The notes below the pieces were generated by a model, which ran no database searches, was not told the origin of the DNA, and worked only from the letters and a program-made list of their open reading frames with translations. 64,000 nt of DNA. It comes from Paramoeba atlantica (lineage: Eukaryota > Protista > Discosea). The stretch lies in NCBI GenBank assembly GCA_977017575.1, contig CDRNVI010000158.1:1-64000 (forward strand), written 5' to 3'. Of this stretch, positions 22,701 through 35,001 are shown piece by piece. The first letter of the stretch is position 1. Each line of letters begins with the position of its first letter. The position numbers and the translations under genes were made by a program.

Positions 22701-25700
22701 GACACTCTCCCCAAAGCATGATCATCTTCGCCTAATAACAAAACCAAAACTGGATATCTCTCTCCCAACATAAATATTAACTTTTCTGTCTCTAATGGAA
22801 GTTTAAAAGTTTTTTCTTCTTTCATTGCCACACAAACAAGACAAGGAGAATATTCTGAAACAACCATTGGCGCACATCTCGCCACTTCTTTTCCAATCCC
22901 AGTTATACTCAAAGCAGTTACAGAAATCGCCTTCTTATCTCTCTTTTTCGCTTGGGAAAGATAATCAATTTGGATTTCCAGGTTTGGTTGATCTTGTTGT
23001 TTTTGTTGCAGTTGAAGGATCGGGATGGTTGAATCCGAGACTGGGAATATATTTTCTTCTTTTCCTTTTTTCTTTGAAGAGAAAACAGAAGAAGAACCGG
23101 ACTTAGGAGTTGAGACAGAGGTGGAAGGAGAAGCTGGGGGAGTGGAAGTCGGGATCGCATCAGCAGAGGAGGAAAGAAAAGCGGAAGAAGAGGGAGGGGG
23201 AAGAGTATTTTGAATCAGAGTAGAAGGGAGAGAGGGAACTGAGGGAGAAGATTTTGATCGAGAGGATCGACCTGGAGAAATTGCCGAAGAAAGACTCGCT
23301 GGTAGCTCCACAGATGGGATAACAAGTTCCATTGGAGTTGGTCTGTCTCCCTTCGGAGAGGAAGAATTCAGGGGTGGAAGGGAAGAAGGAGAAGGACGGC
23401 CAGAAGAAGAAGGAGAAGAAGGAGAAGAATGCACAATTAATTTCAAAGGATTTGCGGGTTTCCCAAGAGGGGAAGAATTTGATGAGACAAGAACTTCTTT
23501 GATTTCTTTTGATGTTCTTGAGTTAGTTGATCTATTCCGATGCAAAACATGCGAAGTTGGAGAACAAGAGGGAGAAGAGGTCTTGCTTCCAAGAGGTAAC
23601 GAAGAGGAGGGGCTGGGAGTCCGTGACGAAAAAACTTCTTCAGCTAATAACGAGCGAGTTATTTGTTCACTCACCTGTACAAAAGAAAAATTTGAGAGAG
23701 AGAGAGATATCAGTATATGGTTGGATTTGCCACCTTAAAAAGGGAAAAAAAAAAAAAAAGCAAACAACCTCAGCTGTCATATCAAGTTCGGAACTCCCAT
23801 GGAGTGGGACTTCAGGAGGAGGGCCCACTGGAAATTGCATCAAATCAGGTGGAGGCACAGGAGAAACCATTCGAGGAATGAGGACAGGAGAAGTTGGAAA
23901 ACCAAATTGTTGTTGATCAAGACTCGAATCCAATGAATTTTTCGCGACACTTAAACGACGAGGAGAAACCAATCCAGGAGCAGGAGGAACACCTTCGAGA
24001 TCCCCAAGAGGCATATCCGCATCATCACAAGAAGATTGATTCATCTCGCAAGTTGATTGTGCGAGCATCGAAGTAGAACCATCAAAAGATGGACCAGAAG
24101 GAGGGACAGAGAAGCTTCCGCCCCTCAAGAAACTTGGTCCAGGTCCTGGTCCTCCGGATAACATAGAAGGTGGAGGAGGGTCAAAAGTGGAAATCCGAAT
24201 CGAAGAACGAGATCCAGGGAGAGTATCAGAGACAGAAATGTCCGAAAAAGATCCACGAGATCCACTACTTCGACCCAGGGTATCTGCCAAAATGGAGGCT
24301 TTCTTCTTGAACGGAGGAATAACAGCAGTGTTTGACTTCAACAGTTTCCGAAAGATATCAATATCAGACGGTTCACCAAACAACAACACTTTTGCCCTTT
24401 TCAATAAACATGTTCCTCCTCCATCAAGTTGTCGAATCCAATCAACAGCATTACCTTCCTTATCAGAACTTTTGAACTTAATTGGATTCTTTGCAGCATA
24501 AAACTTTTCTAATTTCCGAAATCTTCGCAAATACAACGGAAATTCATTAAATTGATTTGATGAAATATCCACACTGACAAGTGAATTCTCTAAACGACGA
24601 AAACTTGCTGGAAACGAAGCCAAGCTATTTGAACTCACATCTAATAATCGTAAATTGGACAAGTGCCCAATGGTTGGAGGGAGTTCAATCAAATTATTCG
24701 AACTCACATTCAGAGTTTCCAGACGAGACAAAACATCGATATCAATTGGCAGAGCTTCAATTTCGTTTTTTGAAAGATTCAAATTGGTCAAAAAATACAT
24801 CGCTCCTGATCGCAAAACAGGAGGAAAGATTCGAAGATCACGATTCGTCAAAGAAACGGAAAAAGATGGAGTCATTGTTGGATCTTGTAAGACAAACTTT
24901 CGATATTGATGGAGAGATAAATTTTCTGCAAGAAAAATCGGCAAGAGACTTGGACCACTTCGAGTTTTCCTTCCAGGAGAAGCACCCTCAAAACCAATTG
25001 TCTTTGATCGATTTCGAGAAAAAGCATTTCCCTTCGAATATGATGGAATTTCACCTCCTGGAGGCTGTTTCTTTGGTGATGGCTCAAGTCCTCCTCCTCC
25101 TCCTACCGCTGCTTCAGAACTCCTCAAAAACCCTCTGATCTGAGTGATGTTTGAATTTTGGCGAGCAAGGTCTTCCAAAATTTTCAACCCACGAACCCCA
25201 ACTCCAGAAGAAGTCACATCGAGAGATTCCAGAGTAGGATGTTTGACCAAACAATCAAAAAATGCTGGAAAATCGATATCAAAAGTCCGAAATGCTGACT
25301 GAGACACATCTAAATGGGTCATATTTGCGTTATTCTCGATTGCAGCCTTCAATTTCACCATTTCTTTTCGATCCAATTGAGACCCACAAAGACGTAACAC
25401 TTGACAAGCTTTTTCATTATTATAGAGAGATGAACAGAGAAGTTGAAGTTGAAGTTGACGTTGGTCTGGCGTCCCTTTGATGGCAATTAATTCTGGAGGG
25501 AGTGTAACTTTTGCTTGTGGTTGGCTCTCTCCCATACCCCAAAGCGATTTTCTAATTCATTCAAATCAAAAATTAACACAAAAAAAGAGTTGTTTTGTTT
25601 TTTGAGTCAGATGGAAGGAGGGAAAAGGGAGAAAAGGATGGATTAGAGGAAAGAAAAGGGCAATTATATGAAAAGAGGGGGATAAAAGGATAAAAGGACA

Positions 25701-26698
25701 ACAAAAAAAGGAAAATAAGGGGAAAATAAGGGGAAAATAAGGGTAAAAAAGTAAAAAGGGGTATAAAAAAGGGGGGGGAATGAATCCAAAAATACAAACT
25801 TGACTTTCGGGCGATGTAAAGTCCCACCCTTTTTCCCTTTATCTCTTTTAACAAGTTTTCGAATCGATTCCATTTTACTGAATCGTTCTTTTTGGGATGA
25901 AGGCGTTAATGGAGATGATGGTCTTTGTCGAGGAGATGAGTTTGGAGAAGGAGAAAGGTGTTCATTTGTTCTGGGAGGTGCAGATGATCCGACAATTGAC
26001 ATAAAGTCTTCAATCTTTGGGACTTTGTGAGGAGGAGAAGAAGAATTAAGGGAGAGAGGGGAAGGACAAGGAGAAGGGTTTGGAGATGCTGATGGGTTTG
26101 GAGATGCTGTTTGTGTACTTAAAAGAGAAGTAGACATCCCTGCTGAGTGGGAAAGAGAATATTGACCTGGAGTTGGTGAATCACTTAGTGTAGAAGCAGT
26201 ACTCCCACCGGTAACGGGAAAAAACTTTTCCACCTTCCCCACATTAGCGGAAGGATCGCTCTTCTTTCTTTCCCTTTCATCAATATCCATTGGTTCTTCT
26301 TCTTCTTCCTCAAGATCTTTTCGAGACTTTTTCCGAGGAATTCGAGGAGCTTCATCAACGCTACGAGATCTCTTTCTTTCAAATTTTGCTCGTTCATCTT
26401 TAATGAGTTCCAATTGGGATGGGTCAACGGCTCGGTCAGCGCTTTTTTCGTCCTCCAAATTTCCAACTTCACTCGAGTCATTCTTTAAACCAGAAAGTTT
26501 TCTTGCCTTTGGTTTCTTTCTTGAAGAATATCCAACTTCCCCACTCTGAAGAGAGTCATCATCAGTCAGAAGAGAATCAGACCCAGAGTTTCGTTGCTCC
26601 TTTGGCTGCGGCTGCAAACCTCCGTCAACACCTTCACCTTCTTCGATACCACTCGCCACCTTTCCGTTTTCATTCAATGTTTTTATGTTATCTTCCAT
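16800..26698 (-). CDS. Roco-family kinase: LRR - degenerate Roc - COR - TKL kinase - long charged tail
   Basis: LRRs (LETLNVSSNNLIELPPTIGHLSNL). COR-like segments at 21341-22560. Kinase with IGIGAFATV, VAMK, HRDLKSPNILL, DFG and VVDNPTWLAPE. GT..AG introns link the ORF pieces to the stop at 16800. Start codon is uncertain. Confidence 0.85.
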
Positions 26699-27113
26699 CT
26701 TCTTCACCACATCTCATATTCTTTTTCTTTCTCTCTCTTTGATTCACTATCCTTCGATGTTGAACTCTCACACACAGAAAAATTGGCGGATCAAAACGGG
26801 CAAACCACAAAAAGAAAACAAAAACAAAAAACAAAAGAGCCCTATTTTTTTATCATTTCGTGAAATAGCCTTTTTAGGTCATTGAAAGTACTAACTTGGA
26901 GGTGGTTTTGTATTATCATGCTCACTCATTTATTTAGTGAAAGCTAAATGAAAAAAACTCTCCCTATTTTTTGAGGTAGTGCGTGATTTCGGTTTGTTGT
27001 GGGTTCGTGTTTGGTGTTTTTGGTTGGAGAATGTCGTTGAAAAAAGAGAAGAAAAAGGTTGAAGGAAAGCAAAAAAACATACTCTTTCAATTTTGAGTGA
27101 GAAAAGAAAAAAG

Positions 27114-28638
27114 ATGAATCGGAAAGTTCACTTCGAAACCTCTTTTCTCTGTTTTGTTCTTCTCTTTTTGGTTGGATTCGTAACCGCGGTCAGTTGTTTT
27201 TTCACAATTAACACAGAAGAGAAGATTTCATTTTTTTTTTGCTCATTTTTTGAGGTAATAGGAGCATGAAATTTCATGGTACCATCAAACTTTTTTTGCT
27301 CCTGCACAACTACACGAACCACCATTCGTTTATCAGGATGTTGACTTCCCTTCTGCTGATTTGATCTTGAATGTTTCCACAAATTGCCAAGGTCTTTCTC
27401 TCGTCTTTTTTCTTTTTGAAAGAATTAGATTTTTTGAAAGAATCTTTCATTCTATGTGACTTTTTTTTCAATCTCACAACAAAAACAAAACAGGAATCGG
27501 ATTTATCCTTGAAGATTGGTTGGTCTTGGGCCACTTTCAAATGAGTCTTTTGTCGCTCTTTTCTTATTTAATTGATCATGAATCCGAACTTCTCCTCTCT
27601 CAAAGAAAAAGGATCAGGTTTTTTTCTTTTTTTCTTTTTTTTTGTTGTCTTTTTGTGTCAAATGTCTTTTGTGGACCCTCTTTTTTCTTTCTTTTTCTTT
27701 GACTCAAAACAAGTAATTTTATCAGAAAAGGACACCAAAATGTCGACAATATTCGCCCATCTCTTACAGTTCTTCTTTCTCGGAACTCACCACACCGCCA
27801 CGCTTCAACTGAATATTATGGGGAACTAATAACTGCGATGATGCGATATTTTATCGACAGGAAGGGATTGGATATTCTCTTTGACATGAACCAAACTTTT
27901 CCGCTTCAGAAGGATTACACCTTCGATGTTTTCTCTCATTCAAGGCCAACACAAAGATGTTTCGCTGCTCTTTACACAAGAACTTGTCAACTTCCGAATG
28001 GGGATGTTGGAAGAGGGTCTTGTGGGGCCTGGTTCAGTTCTCCTGAAGCTGTAGAGAGTTTTCGGGATTTCCTTGAAAAAGAGTTTCAAATCTCGACAAA
28101 CACATCATCTTCGTTGGTGCCACAAAAAAGTTTTGTTAATGATGTCCGATCAATTCTTGTCTACAATCGCGCTCTCAAAAGAAGAAGGACAATGAAGAAT
28201 ACAGAGACAGTTGTCGAAATTGTAAAAGATGCAATCAAAAACGAAAAAATAAGAGAAGAGGAGGGTCAAACCAAAGTTGATTTTTATCAGTATGTCGATG
28301 AACGCTCATTTGTACGCCAATGTCAGTTATTTAATGGTTATGATATGATTGTTATGGCTCATGGGGCAGCAATGTCGAATTTAATTTGCACCAGAAAGCA
28401 TGCTCGTATTATTGAAATTGGAATTTCCTGGTCGATGTTTGAACCTCTTGTCCACCAATTAGAAAATTCATATTGCCATGTCAAAGGAGCAGCTTTGGTT
28501 GGACAGGCAATGTCTCCAAGACCAGAGGAATTATCTAATTGTGTCAGAGAACTCCTCTCAATTGGGTCACCCTCTCCCTATCCCTCGAAGACTCGATCAA
28601 CTTCTTCTCGAAAGAAAAAATTTTCTCGAAATCGATAA
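27114..28638 (+). CDS. GT61-like glycosyltransferase with N-terminal anchor, multi-exon
   Basis: Hydrophobic N-terminus. C-terminal ILVYNR..RRRTMKN..SFVRQCQLF..DMIVMAHGAAMSNLI..ARIIEI is the GT61 pattern. Confidence 0.8.
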
Positions 28639-28996
28639 AATATTTTTTCTTTTCTCTTTATTCCCGCCCTTCTTCCCCCTTCTCTTGAGCCTTTTTTGAT
28701 TTCCCCCCCCATTCTCACCCCTCTTTTTGTTTTGTTTCGGATTATCAACATAGGATATTTGATGTTGCGTTTAATTTTCAATTTTGAAAAAACTACACTC
28801 TCCTCCCTTTTAACATTGAAGTGTGATTATGGTCTCAAATCAAAAAATGAGCACTTGATTCTCTCAAATCAAAAAATTTGCTCTCTGAATTTTTACCGGT
28901 GTCCACCAATGGTGTCCCAAATAAGGAAACTCCTTTTTTTCTTTTGGCACCGCCAGACCGCCAGACCCGCCAGACAGAAAACAAACAACCAACAAC

Positions 28997-29359
28997 ATGG
29001 CAAATACAACAACAACTCTTTTTGTCTGTCTCTTCCTTTTCTTCGGATTCTCAGCGGCAGCAGTCAATTCATCATGGAGTTGCGATATCTTTACAAACAC
29101 CCAAGACTGTGAGGGTCGATCGAACGTTCAATCCTCTGTTCCTGTCTCCTTTCCCTCTCTAATTGATCGAGGATGTCATCGTTTAGCTTCCAATTTGGTT
29201 TGTGGGGGGTTTACTTTTAATTCTTATCGATTGACAAGTGAGAGTGGTGGAGCTCTTTATCCTTTGTTTTATGTGAATTCATATTGTTCTACATCTCCCC
29301 AAGATGGTGCTTGTGGTCTTGGGTTTTTTGATTGTGTGATTGGATGCTACGAGGACTGA
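28997..29359 (+). CDS. Small secreted cysteine-rich protein, 120 aa
   Basis: Signal peptide (LFVCLFLFFGFSAAA) and 8 Cys in the mature part. Confidence 0.75.
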   Translation: MANTTTTLFVCLFLFFGFSAAAVNSSWSCDIFTNTQDCEGRSNVQSSVPVSFPSLIDRGCHRLASNLVCGGFTFNSYRLTSESGGALYPLFYVNSYCSTSPQDGACGLGFFDCVIGCYED

Positions 29360-29703
29360 AAAGTGGAAGAAAGAACAGAGAGAGAGAGAGGAGAGGAGGA
29401 GGAAACAAAAATCAGGGAAAAAGAAATTGTTGTTGTTCTAAATAAAGATAAAAATGGTTTCATTTCCCCCATCCCCCTTTCCTCTTTTGTCTTTTTATTG
29501 TTTTCTTTTTCCTTTTTACTTTGGTTGTTTGGTTGTTTGGTTGGACAAAAGATGGACGATCAGGACGGCGAGGAGGGTGAGGAAATATTCGTATCAACGT
29601 GTGGTGATGTTTGTCTTTTTTCAAATTGAAAGAGAGAGAGAAGATAATTATTCGTCTGTTTTTTGGTTCTTGTGTTGCCAAACCAGAAAACAAACACAAA
29701 AAA

Positions 29704-31428
29704 ATGATTCAAAAAAATGATACAAAAAAACCAAAACAGATTTGTTCAGGTTTGTTGGTGTGGATTGGAATCTTTCTCTTTCTTTGTTTCATTCTCTTCA
29801 TTCGATCTGCGCCGAAATCTCATGTTCTTCTTCTTCTTGGATGGTGGGTGGGTCCTCTCTTTTGTGGGTTTTGTCTTGTTCTCTCTGTTGTCTTTCCACC
29901 AGAAGGAATTGTCGAAAACAAAATCGGAGGATTTGTCTTTCTCAGTCTAATTATCTCTGGAGGTTCTCTCTTTGGTTTTTCTTTTTCTCTTCTTTTGAAA
30001 ATAGAACATGGACGTGTTGATGGAGAAGAGGGAAACCGGTTTCTTGATCCTCTTTTCTTGTATCATCTCTCTCTCTTTCCGTTCTTACTTGCCGCTCTTT
30101 TGTTATTGTTTTGGGGGGAAATTGCAGAGTTTGTTTATTTATTGTTTTGGGTTCTCATTCCTTCTCTCTTTTTCACACTCTTTCGATTGATTTCACAACA
30201 AAGAGAAGAAGGAGAGACGATTGAAAGATATCAAAGAAGAATGCTCTTTTTTGAGGTTGGGATTCATAGTTATGGGCCACTTGGATTATTATCTCAATTG
30301 CTTGTCTTTTCTCTCTTGAATATCGATACTTTTATATTGGTTGCCTTCTTTGTGATGACTTCTCTTTTCTCTCTTACCGCGACTGTTTTGGGTTGTTTTG
30401 TTTCTCTCTCTAACTCCTCCATCCCTCGTGAAAAGAAAGAAATTCTCTTGACCTATTTCTTCTCTCTTCTTCTCCTTTTTATTGCAGTTGTTCTTCTTTC
30501 TCTTGTCTTTTCGTGGGATTCTGTGTTGGTTTTCGTTTCACTTTATCCCATGTCTCCAATTTTCCTTTTCATTCTCTTTCGAGCAATCCAAGAAAAATAT
30601 CTCTGTAATTCGTTCGATCACCATTCGTTATACCTTTCTTTTCTTCTCTTTGGTTCTTTCTTTCCTCCAACAGGAACAATCTTGGCGATCTTTGCACTCT
30701 CACTTTTAACTTTACCAGAATTCGAAGAGAAGAAAACCAACCACAACATTGAATGGGCAATATTCGGAGCGGTCATGTTGTTTGAAACGTTTTTGATTTC
30801 AGTTCTTCAACAAACGTGGTTTCGTTGGTGGTCTGAAGAGGGTTCAATTGCCTATCGGAAAGAAGAAGAAAAGATGAGAGCATCAAGAGGAGGAGAAAGG
30901 GGGGAAGAAGAAAGGAGGGAGGAAGAGGAAGAAGAAAAAAATCGAGTTCCCCTTGAGATCCTTTTCTTAATTTTTCTCCCTTCGATTTGTACTGCTTTCT
31001 GGAGCCTCTTCTTCTTTCTCTTGAGTTTTTTTGCAAGAATTGGTTCTCTTTCGGGTCTTAGTTCCCAATCTTTCTTTGGAGGAATGTATCTTTTTTGGTA
31101 TTCGACATTTTGTTGTGGATCTCTCGGCTCGTTCACATCTTTTCCTCTCGAATTGTTCATCGAAGAAGAAGGAGTTTTTACTCTCCACGTTCTTGGAATT
31201 CTTTGTGGGTCAATTGGAGTTCTCTTTTCCTTATTATCTCTTCTCTTTGGAATTGGAACAACATCCTTGGTGGTTGTGTGGATCGTTAATGTGTTCTTGT
31301 TTTGTATTTTGGCTCTGGGTTTTTCTGTCCGAAGATATTTAGTGCGACTTGAACGAGAAAAAAAAGAGGAAGAACGATTGAAAGAAAGGTTGAGAGAAAT
31401 CCATTTAACCAAACGAGCAACAAGATGA
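29704..31428 (+). CDS. Multi-pass membrane protein of unknown family
   Basis: Long uninterrupted ORF with more than 10 hydrophobic segments, a charged loop and a charged C-terminus. Confidence 0.65.
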   Translation: MIQKNDTKKPKQICSGLLVWIGIFLFLCFILFIRSAPKSHVLLLLGWWVGPLFCGFCLVLSVVFPPEGIVENKIGGFVFLSLIISGGSLFGFSFSLLLKIEHGRVDGEEGNRFLDPLFLYHLSLFPFLLAALLLLFWGEIAEFVYLLFWVLIPSLFFTLFRLISQQREEGETIERYQRRMLFFEVGIHSYGPLGLLSQLLVFSLLNIDTFILVAFFVMTSLFSLTATVLGCFVSLSNSSIPREKKEILLTYFFSLLLLFIAVVLLSLVFSWDSVLVFVSLYPMSPIFLFILFRAIQEKYLCNSFDHHSLYLSFLLFGSFFPPTGTILAIFALSLLTLPEFEEKKTNHNIEWAIFGAVMLFETFLISVLQQTWFRWWSEEGSIAYRKEEEKMRASRGGERGEEERREEEEEEKNRVPLEILFLIFLPSICTAFWSLFFFLLSFFARIGSLSGLSSQSFFGGMYLFWYSTFCCGSLGSFTSFPLELFIEEEGVFTLHVLGILCGSIGVLFSLLSLLFGIGTTSLVVVWIVNVFLFCILALGFSVRRYLVRLEREKKEEERLKERLREIHLTKRATR

Positions 31429-31605
31429 TTTCTCATCGCTCTCTTTTTGAGAGACTCGCGCGCGGTCGTTTCAAAAAACGTAAAAGAAAAATGAAAACAA
31501 AAACAGAAGAGAGTGAGGTAAGTTTTGTTCTATTTTATTGCTTCGAAAAAATCACACACACACATTCATTGCGAGAGAGTGAATATTCACATTTTTTTTT
31601 GTTTT

Positions 31606-33585
31606 TTAGAAAATATATTTGGCACCAGGATCTTCCGAAACATTGTCTTGAGGTAAATACGGTGAAATATGTTCTCCAAATAACTCTTTCAATTCAACAT
31701 AATATTCCAGCCAATCTTCTGGCAAGATGCTCTTCAATTCTTCTTTGTCTTCAACAGCATCTTTCATCTCCTGGTCTTCTCCTTGCCCATCACCCTCTTC
31801 TTCCTTTCCTTCGACATCACTTTTCTTCTGTTGAGCTCGAAGTACCCTCAAAGAGAGAGGGACTTGACTCCCTTTTGTCTCTTTGATAAAAGTTCGTAAA
31901 AACACTCCACAAATCTCGACCAACTTATGATACACACGATCAGCATCTTGTCTGACATTAATATCCTCGCTTGATAAGAAAGGTTTGAGCAATTCTTGAA
32001 CATAAACACGAAGATTTGGGAGGATTAGAAGCTGGACAACTCGGTATCCAAGAGAAGAAAGACCAACAACAGACCCATAGTGCGAAGTCAGTGGTTTTGT
32101 TGGATCAAGAAAGGCATTGAGGAGTGTTTTTGTAATTCGAGATTGAAGTTGGGGATAATTTTTCCCAAATTGTTGGCAAATCATTCCCACAATATCTGCT
32201 GCTTCGTCTCGAAGTTGCCAATGGTCTTCATTTGGATCTTCACATAATCTAAAAAATTGATTCATCAAAATTCAAAGAGAAAGATTGAAAAAAAAAAAAC
32301 GAAAGGAAAAGTAAAATAAAATAAAACAAAATCTTTCTTAAAAAAAAAAAAGAGAAGAGAAAAGAAAAAAAGAAAAAAAAAAGGAAACCTCTTCCCAACC
32401 AAACAAGTCAAAATAGGTGGCATCAATTGATGTAAATAAGGTTCGACATTCATATTCTGATTCGATATCAAAGATCGAGCCAATCCCATCAACAACTTCA
32501 AATACCACAACTTGGATAAATTTTGGGTCACTTCATCAAAGATAAATTGAGAAAAATAAGGAAGAAGAGGTTGAAGCCCTGCGTCATTACTTACTGAAGA
32601 AAGAGTGACTGAAGTTGTTTTGTTCTTTTGAAGAGAAGATGTGACTGTTTCAAAATAGAGTTGGAGTTCTTCTGAGAGCACGTTTTGAACAATTGCCTTT
32701 GATGAGAGAGAAGAAAAAAAGAATTAAATAAAAATTTCAGAAAAAGATTCTTTCCCCCCCCTCCCCTCAATCAAAAAAAAAACAAAAAAAAAAGAAAATA
32801 AAAACCTTAACTTCAACATCTTCCACTTCCCCAAGCCTCTTTCTCTTTCTCTTCTCCTTATCCTGGCTCTCAGATGCCACACCCAAAATCTTTTCCGCTT
32901 CTTCTTTCGAAGGATTTTGAGGAATGGCTGGTTGTACTCCCTCAACTGCCAACCAATGAGCAACAATACAAGGTTCTCGTGGACATGGAGGAAGAGGTTG
33001 TTTGATTATCTCTTCCAGGGGATGAACTTCATCTTGTACATAAAATAATCCTCCCATTCCACTATTTTTTTTGTTTCAAGACAAAGTTATCATTATTTGA
33101 ATGGAAAAAAAGAAAAACAAAAACAAAAGAAGAACAAAAACAAAACAAGAACAAAAACAAAGAGAAGAACGAAAAGAAGAGAGAGAGAAAAGGACCTGAC
33201 AGAAGCGAATTTTGGTTGCTTGCGAGAGGAAAGGTGTCCAAACGATTGATTGTGGTTTCTCAATCGGAGCGATTCATTGATGTGATTTGAACGAAGAGTT
33301 GTTTGTTTCGAATGTTTCATGAATTTCATTGAATCCTGAGGGTTTCTTTGAGTGAATGGAATAATCGAAACGGACCATAAACAAACAAACAAAACATACA
33401 AACAAAGAGAGAGAGAGAAAAGAAATAATTTTTTTTTGAGAAACCTGGAGAATTTCTCTCATTTGAAATTCAAGATCAGAGGCAAGAGCAACAGCAGCAT
33501 CTTCTTGAACATTCCCAATGTTTAAACCTTCTGCAATCACATGAATGGTATCTTGATTAAAAATACCACCACCACCACTGCTCAT
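31606..33585 (-). CDS. TAF6: TFIID subunit TAF6
   Basis: Histone fold (IAEGLNIG..AAVALASDLEF.MREILQ, SMKFMKHSK), AHWLAVEGVQPAIPQNP, LSEELQLYF, DAGLQPLLPYF, HWQLRDEAA, LTSHYGSVVGL. Confidence 0.96.
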
Positions 33586-33959
33586 CTCGCTTTCTTCTCA
33601 AACACAGAAAGAGAAAGAAAGAGAAAGAAAAATAGAAAAAAAAACAGAAAAAAAAAAAGGAAATAGAACTCTAAAATTAGAGTATGGGGTTTTACTTTCC
33701 CCGTTCTTTGTTTTCAGTTTATGATTTCACCAGAATGCTGAAACCCAATGAACCACCGGAAGAGTTAAAAAATTCAATGAATTGTCTTTTTTCATAAGAG
33801 TAATCAAACATTTTTTATTGAGATCCCAAGGAACCAAACAGATAGATCTTGGGATCGTGATCCAAAAATCGGACGCAATGAAGAAAGGAGAGATTCACAA
33901 GAAAGAGGATGAGAGAGGATCTGGATCGAGATTATGAAGACGTTCGAGAAGGAAAAAAT

Positions 33960-34181
33960 TTACAAGATTTCGCAACCACCACCACCACCACCACCTCCTT
34001 GACCCAAGATGAAGGGGTTCTCACCGGCGAAATCGGGGAGGAGAGGGTCCTTTGTTGAGTCACAATAGGACTTCAAATCCTTACAAGCTTCAGAAGCAGA
34101 ACAAATTGTGCCGGCAAACTTCAACTCATCGCGGAGTTGGTCGTTCTGAGCGACAAGTTTTTTCAATTGAGCGTCAGCCAT
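33960..34181 (-). CDS. Heterotrimeric G-protein gamma subunit
   Basis: MADAQLKKLVAQNDQLRDEL..SEACKDLKSYC..DPLLP..GENPF..CEIL: GGL pattern plus CaaX end. Confidence 0.92.
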   Translation of the reverse strand: MADAQLKKLVAQNDQLRDELKFAGTICSASEACKDLKSYCDSTKDPLLPDFAGENPFILGQGGGGGGGGCEIL

Positions 34182-34349
34182 GTTGTTGTGCAAAACAACC
34201 GCCAAACAAAAAACAAAAAAAGAAAAAAAAGCAACAAAAAGAGTAGAACCCTAAATTTAGCTCTTATTTCTTTTTCTTTTTTGTGATTTTTCTTTCGCCA
34301 CATTCCTCCCATTCTATTGTTGAAAGCGCCTTCCAATTGGGATTGCTTT

Positions 34350-34904
34350 ATGGATGGACGAACTTATCTTGATATGAAAGCGACCTCACGTTGCGGTTCT
34401 ATAACAATTGAAATTGAAGTTCGACTCACTTTCGAAGAACACCCAGATCAAGAGACACTTTTGGTTCGGGTTAAGGGCGAAATGGAACACACATACGCCC
34501 AGGCTCAAGGTCAGTCAGAGATTGAATTTGTTGAAGGAAGTTTCGACCCTAAGACAAGAAAAATTGTTCTTCTTGGAAATAGACGAACAGGAAAGTTTCC
34601 CAAAGGACATCCCCCTCCCCCAATCGACGAACATTGTGATGAATGTGATTGCAATGCCTATCGAACTGGTTTTATGGCCGACTCAAATCATCATCCCTGT
34701 TTTTGTGGTCATAGAATTGAGTCACATCAGAACCGACCACCAGTATCGCACTTAGTTATCCTGGCCCAATATAACTTAACACTTCCTGAGAATCTGTCAG
34801 AAAAATTTGATGCGATGGCTCAATCCCAAAGAGAACCAAACCATACAGCGGAAATGCAGTTCTGGGAAGAATGTGTTGTTGTGAAGCCTGCTGCCCATCG
34901 TTGA
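34350..34904 (+). CDS. Hypothetical protein with CxxCxC...CxCGHxxxxH metal-binding motif
   Basis: 185-aa ORF of normal composition containing CDECDCNAY..PCFCGHRIESH. Start uncertain. Confidence 0.7.
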   Translation: MDGRTYLDMKATSRCGSITIEIEVRLTFEEHPDQETLLVRVKGEMEHTYAQAQGQSEIEFVEGSFDPKTRKIVLLGNRRTGKFPKGHPPPPIDEHCDECDCNAYRTGFMADSNHHPCFCGHRIESHQNRPPVSHLVILAQYNLTLPENLSEKFDAMAQSQREPNHTAEMQFWEECVVVKPAAHR

Positions 34905-35001
34905 GACTTTATTTAAGAAACTTTTTTTCTTCCAGAGGAGTTCAAAAAAAAAAAATGTAAAGAAGAAAAAAGAAATGAGATAAGGAATAATTATTTGATT
35001 T

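Noticed and set aside
33960-34000. Poly-Gly before the G-gamma CaaX box
   Set aside because: Simple (GGT)n expansion in a flexible linker; no evidence of special function.
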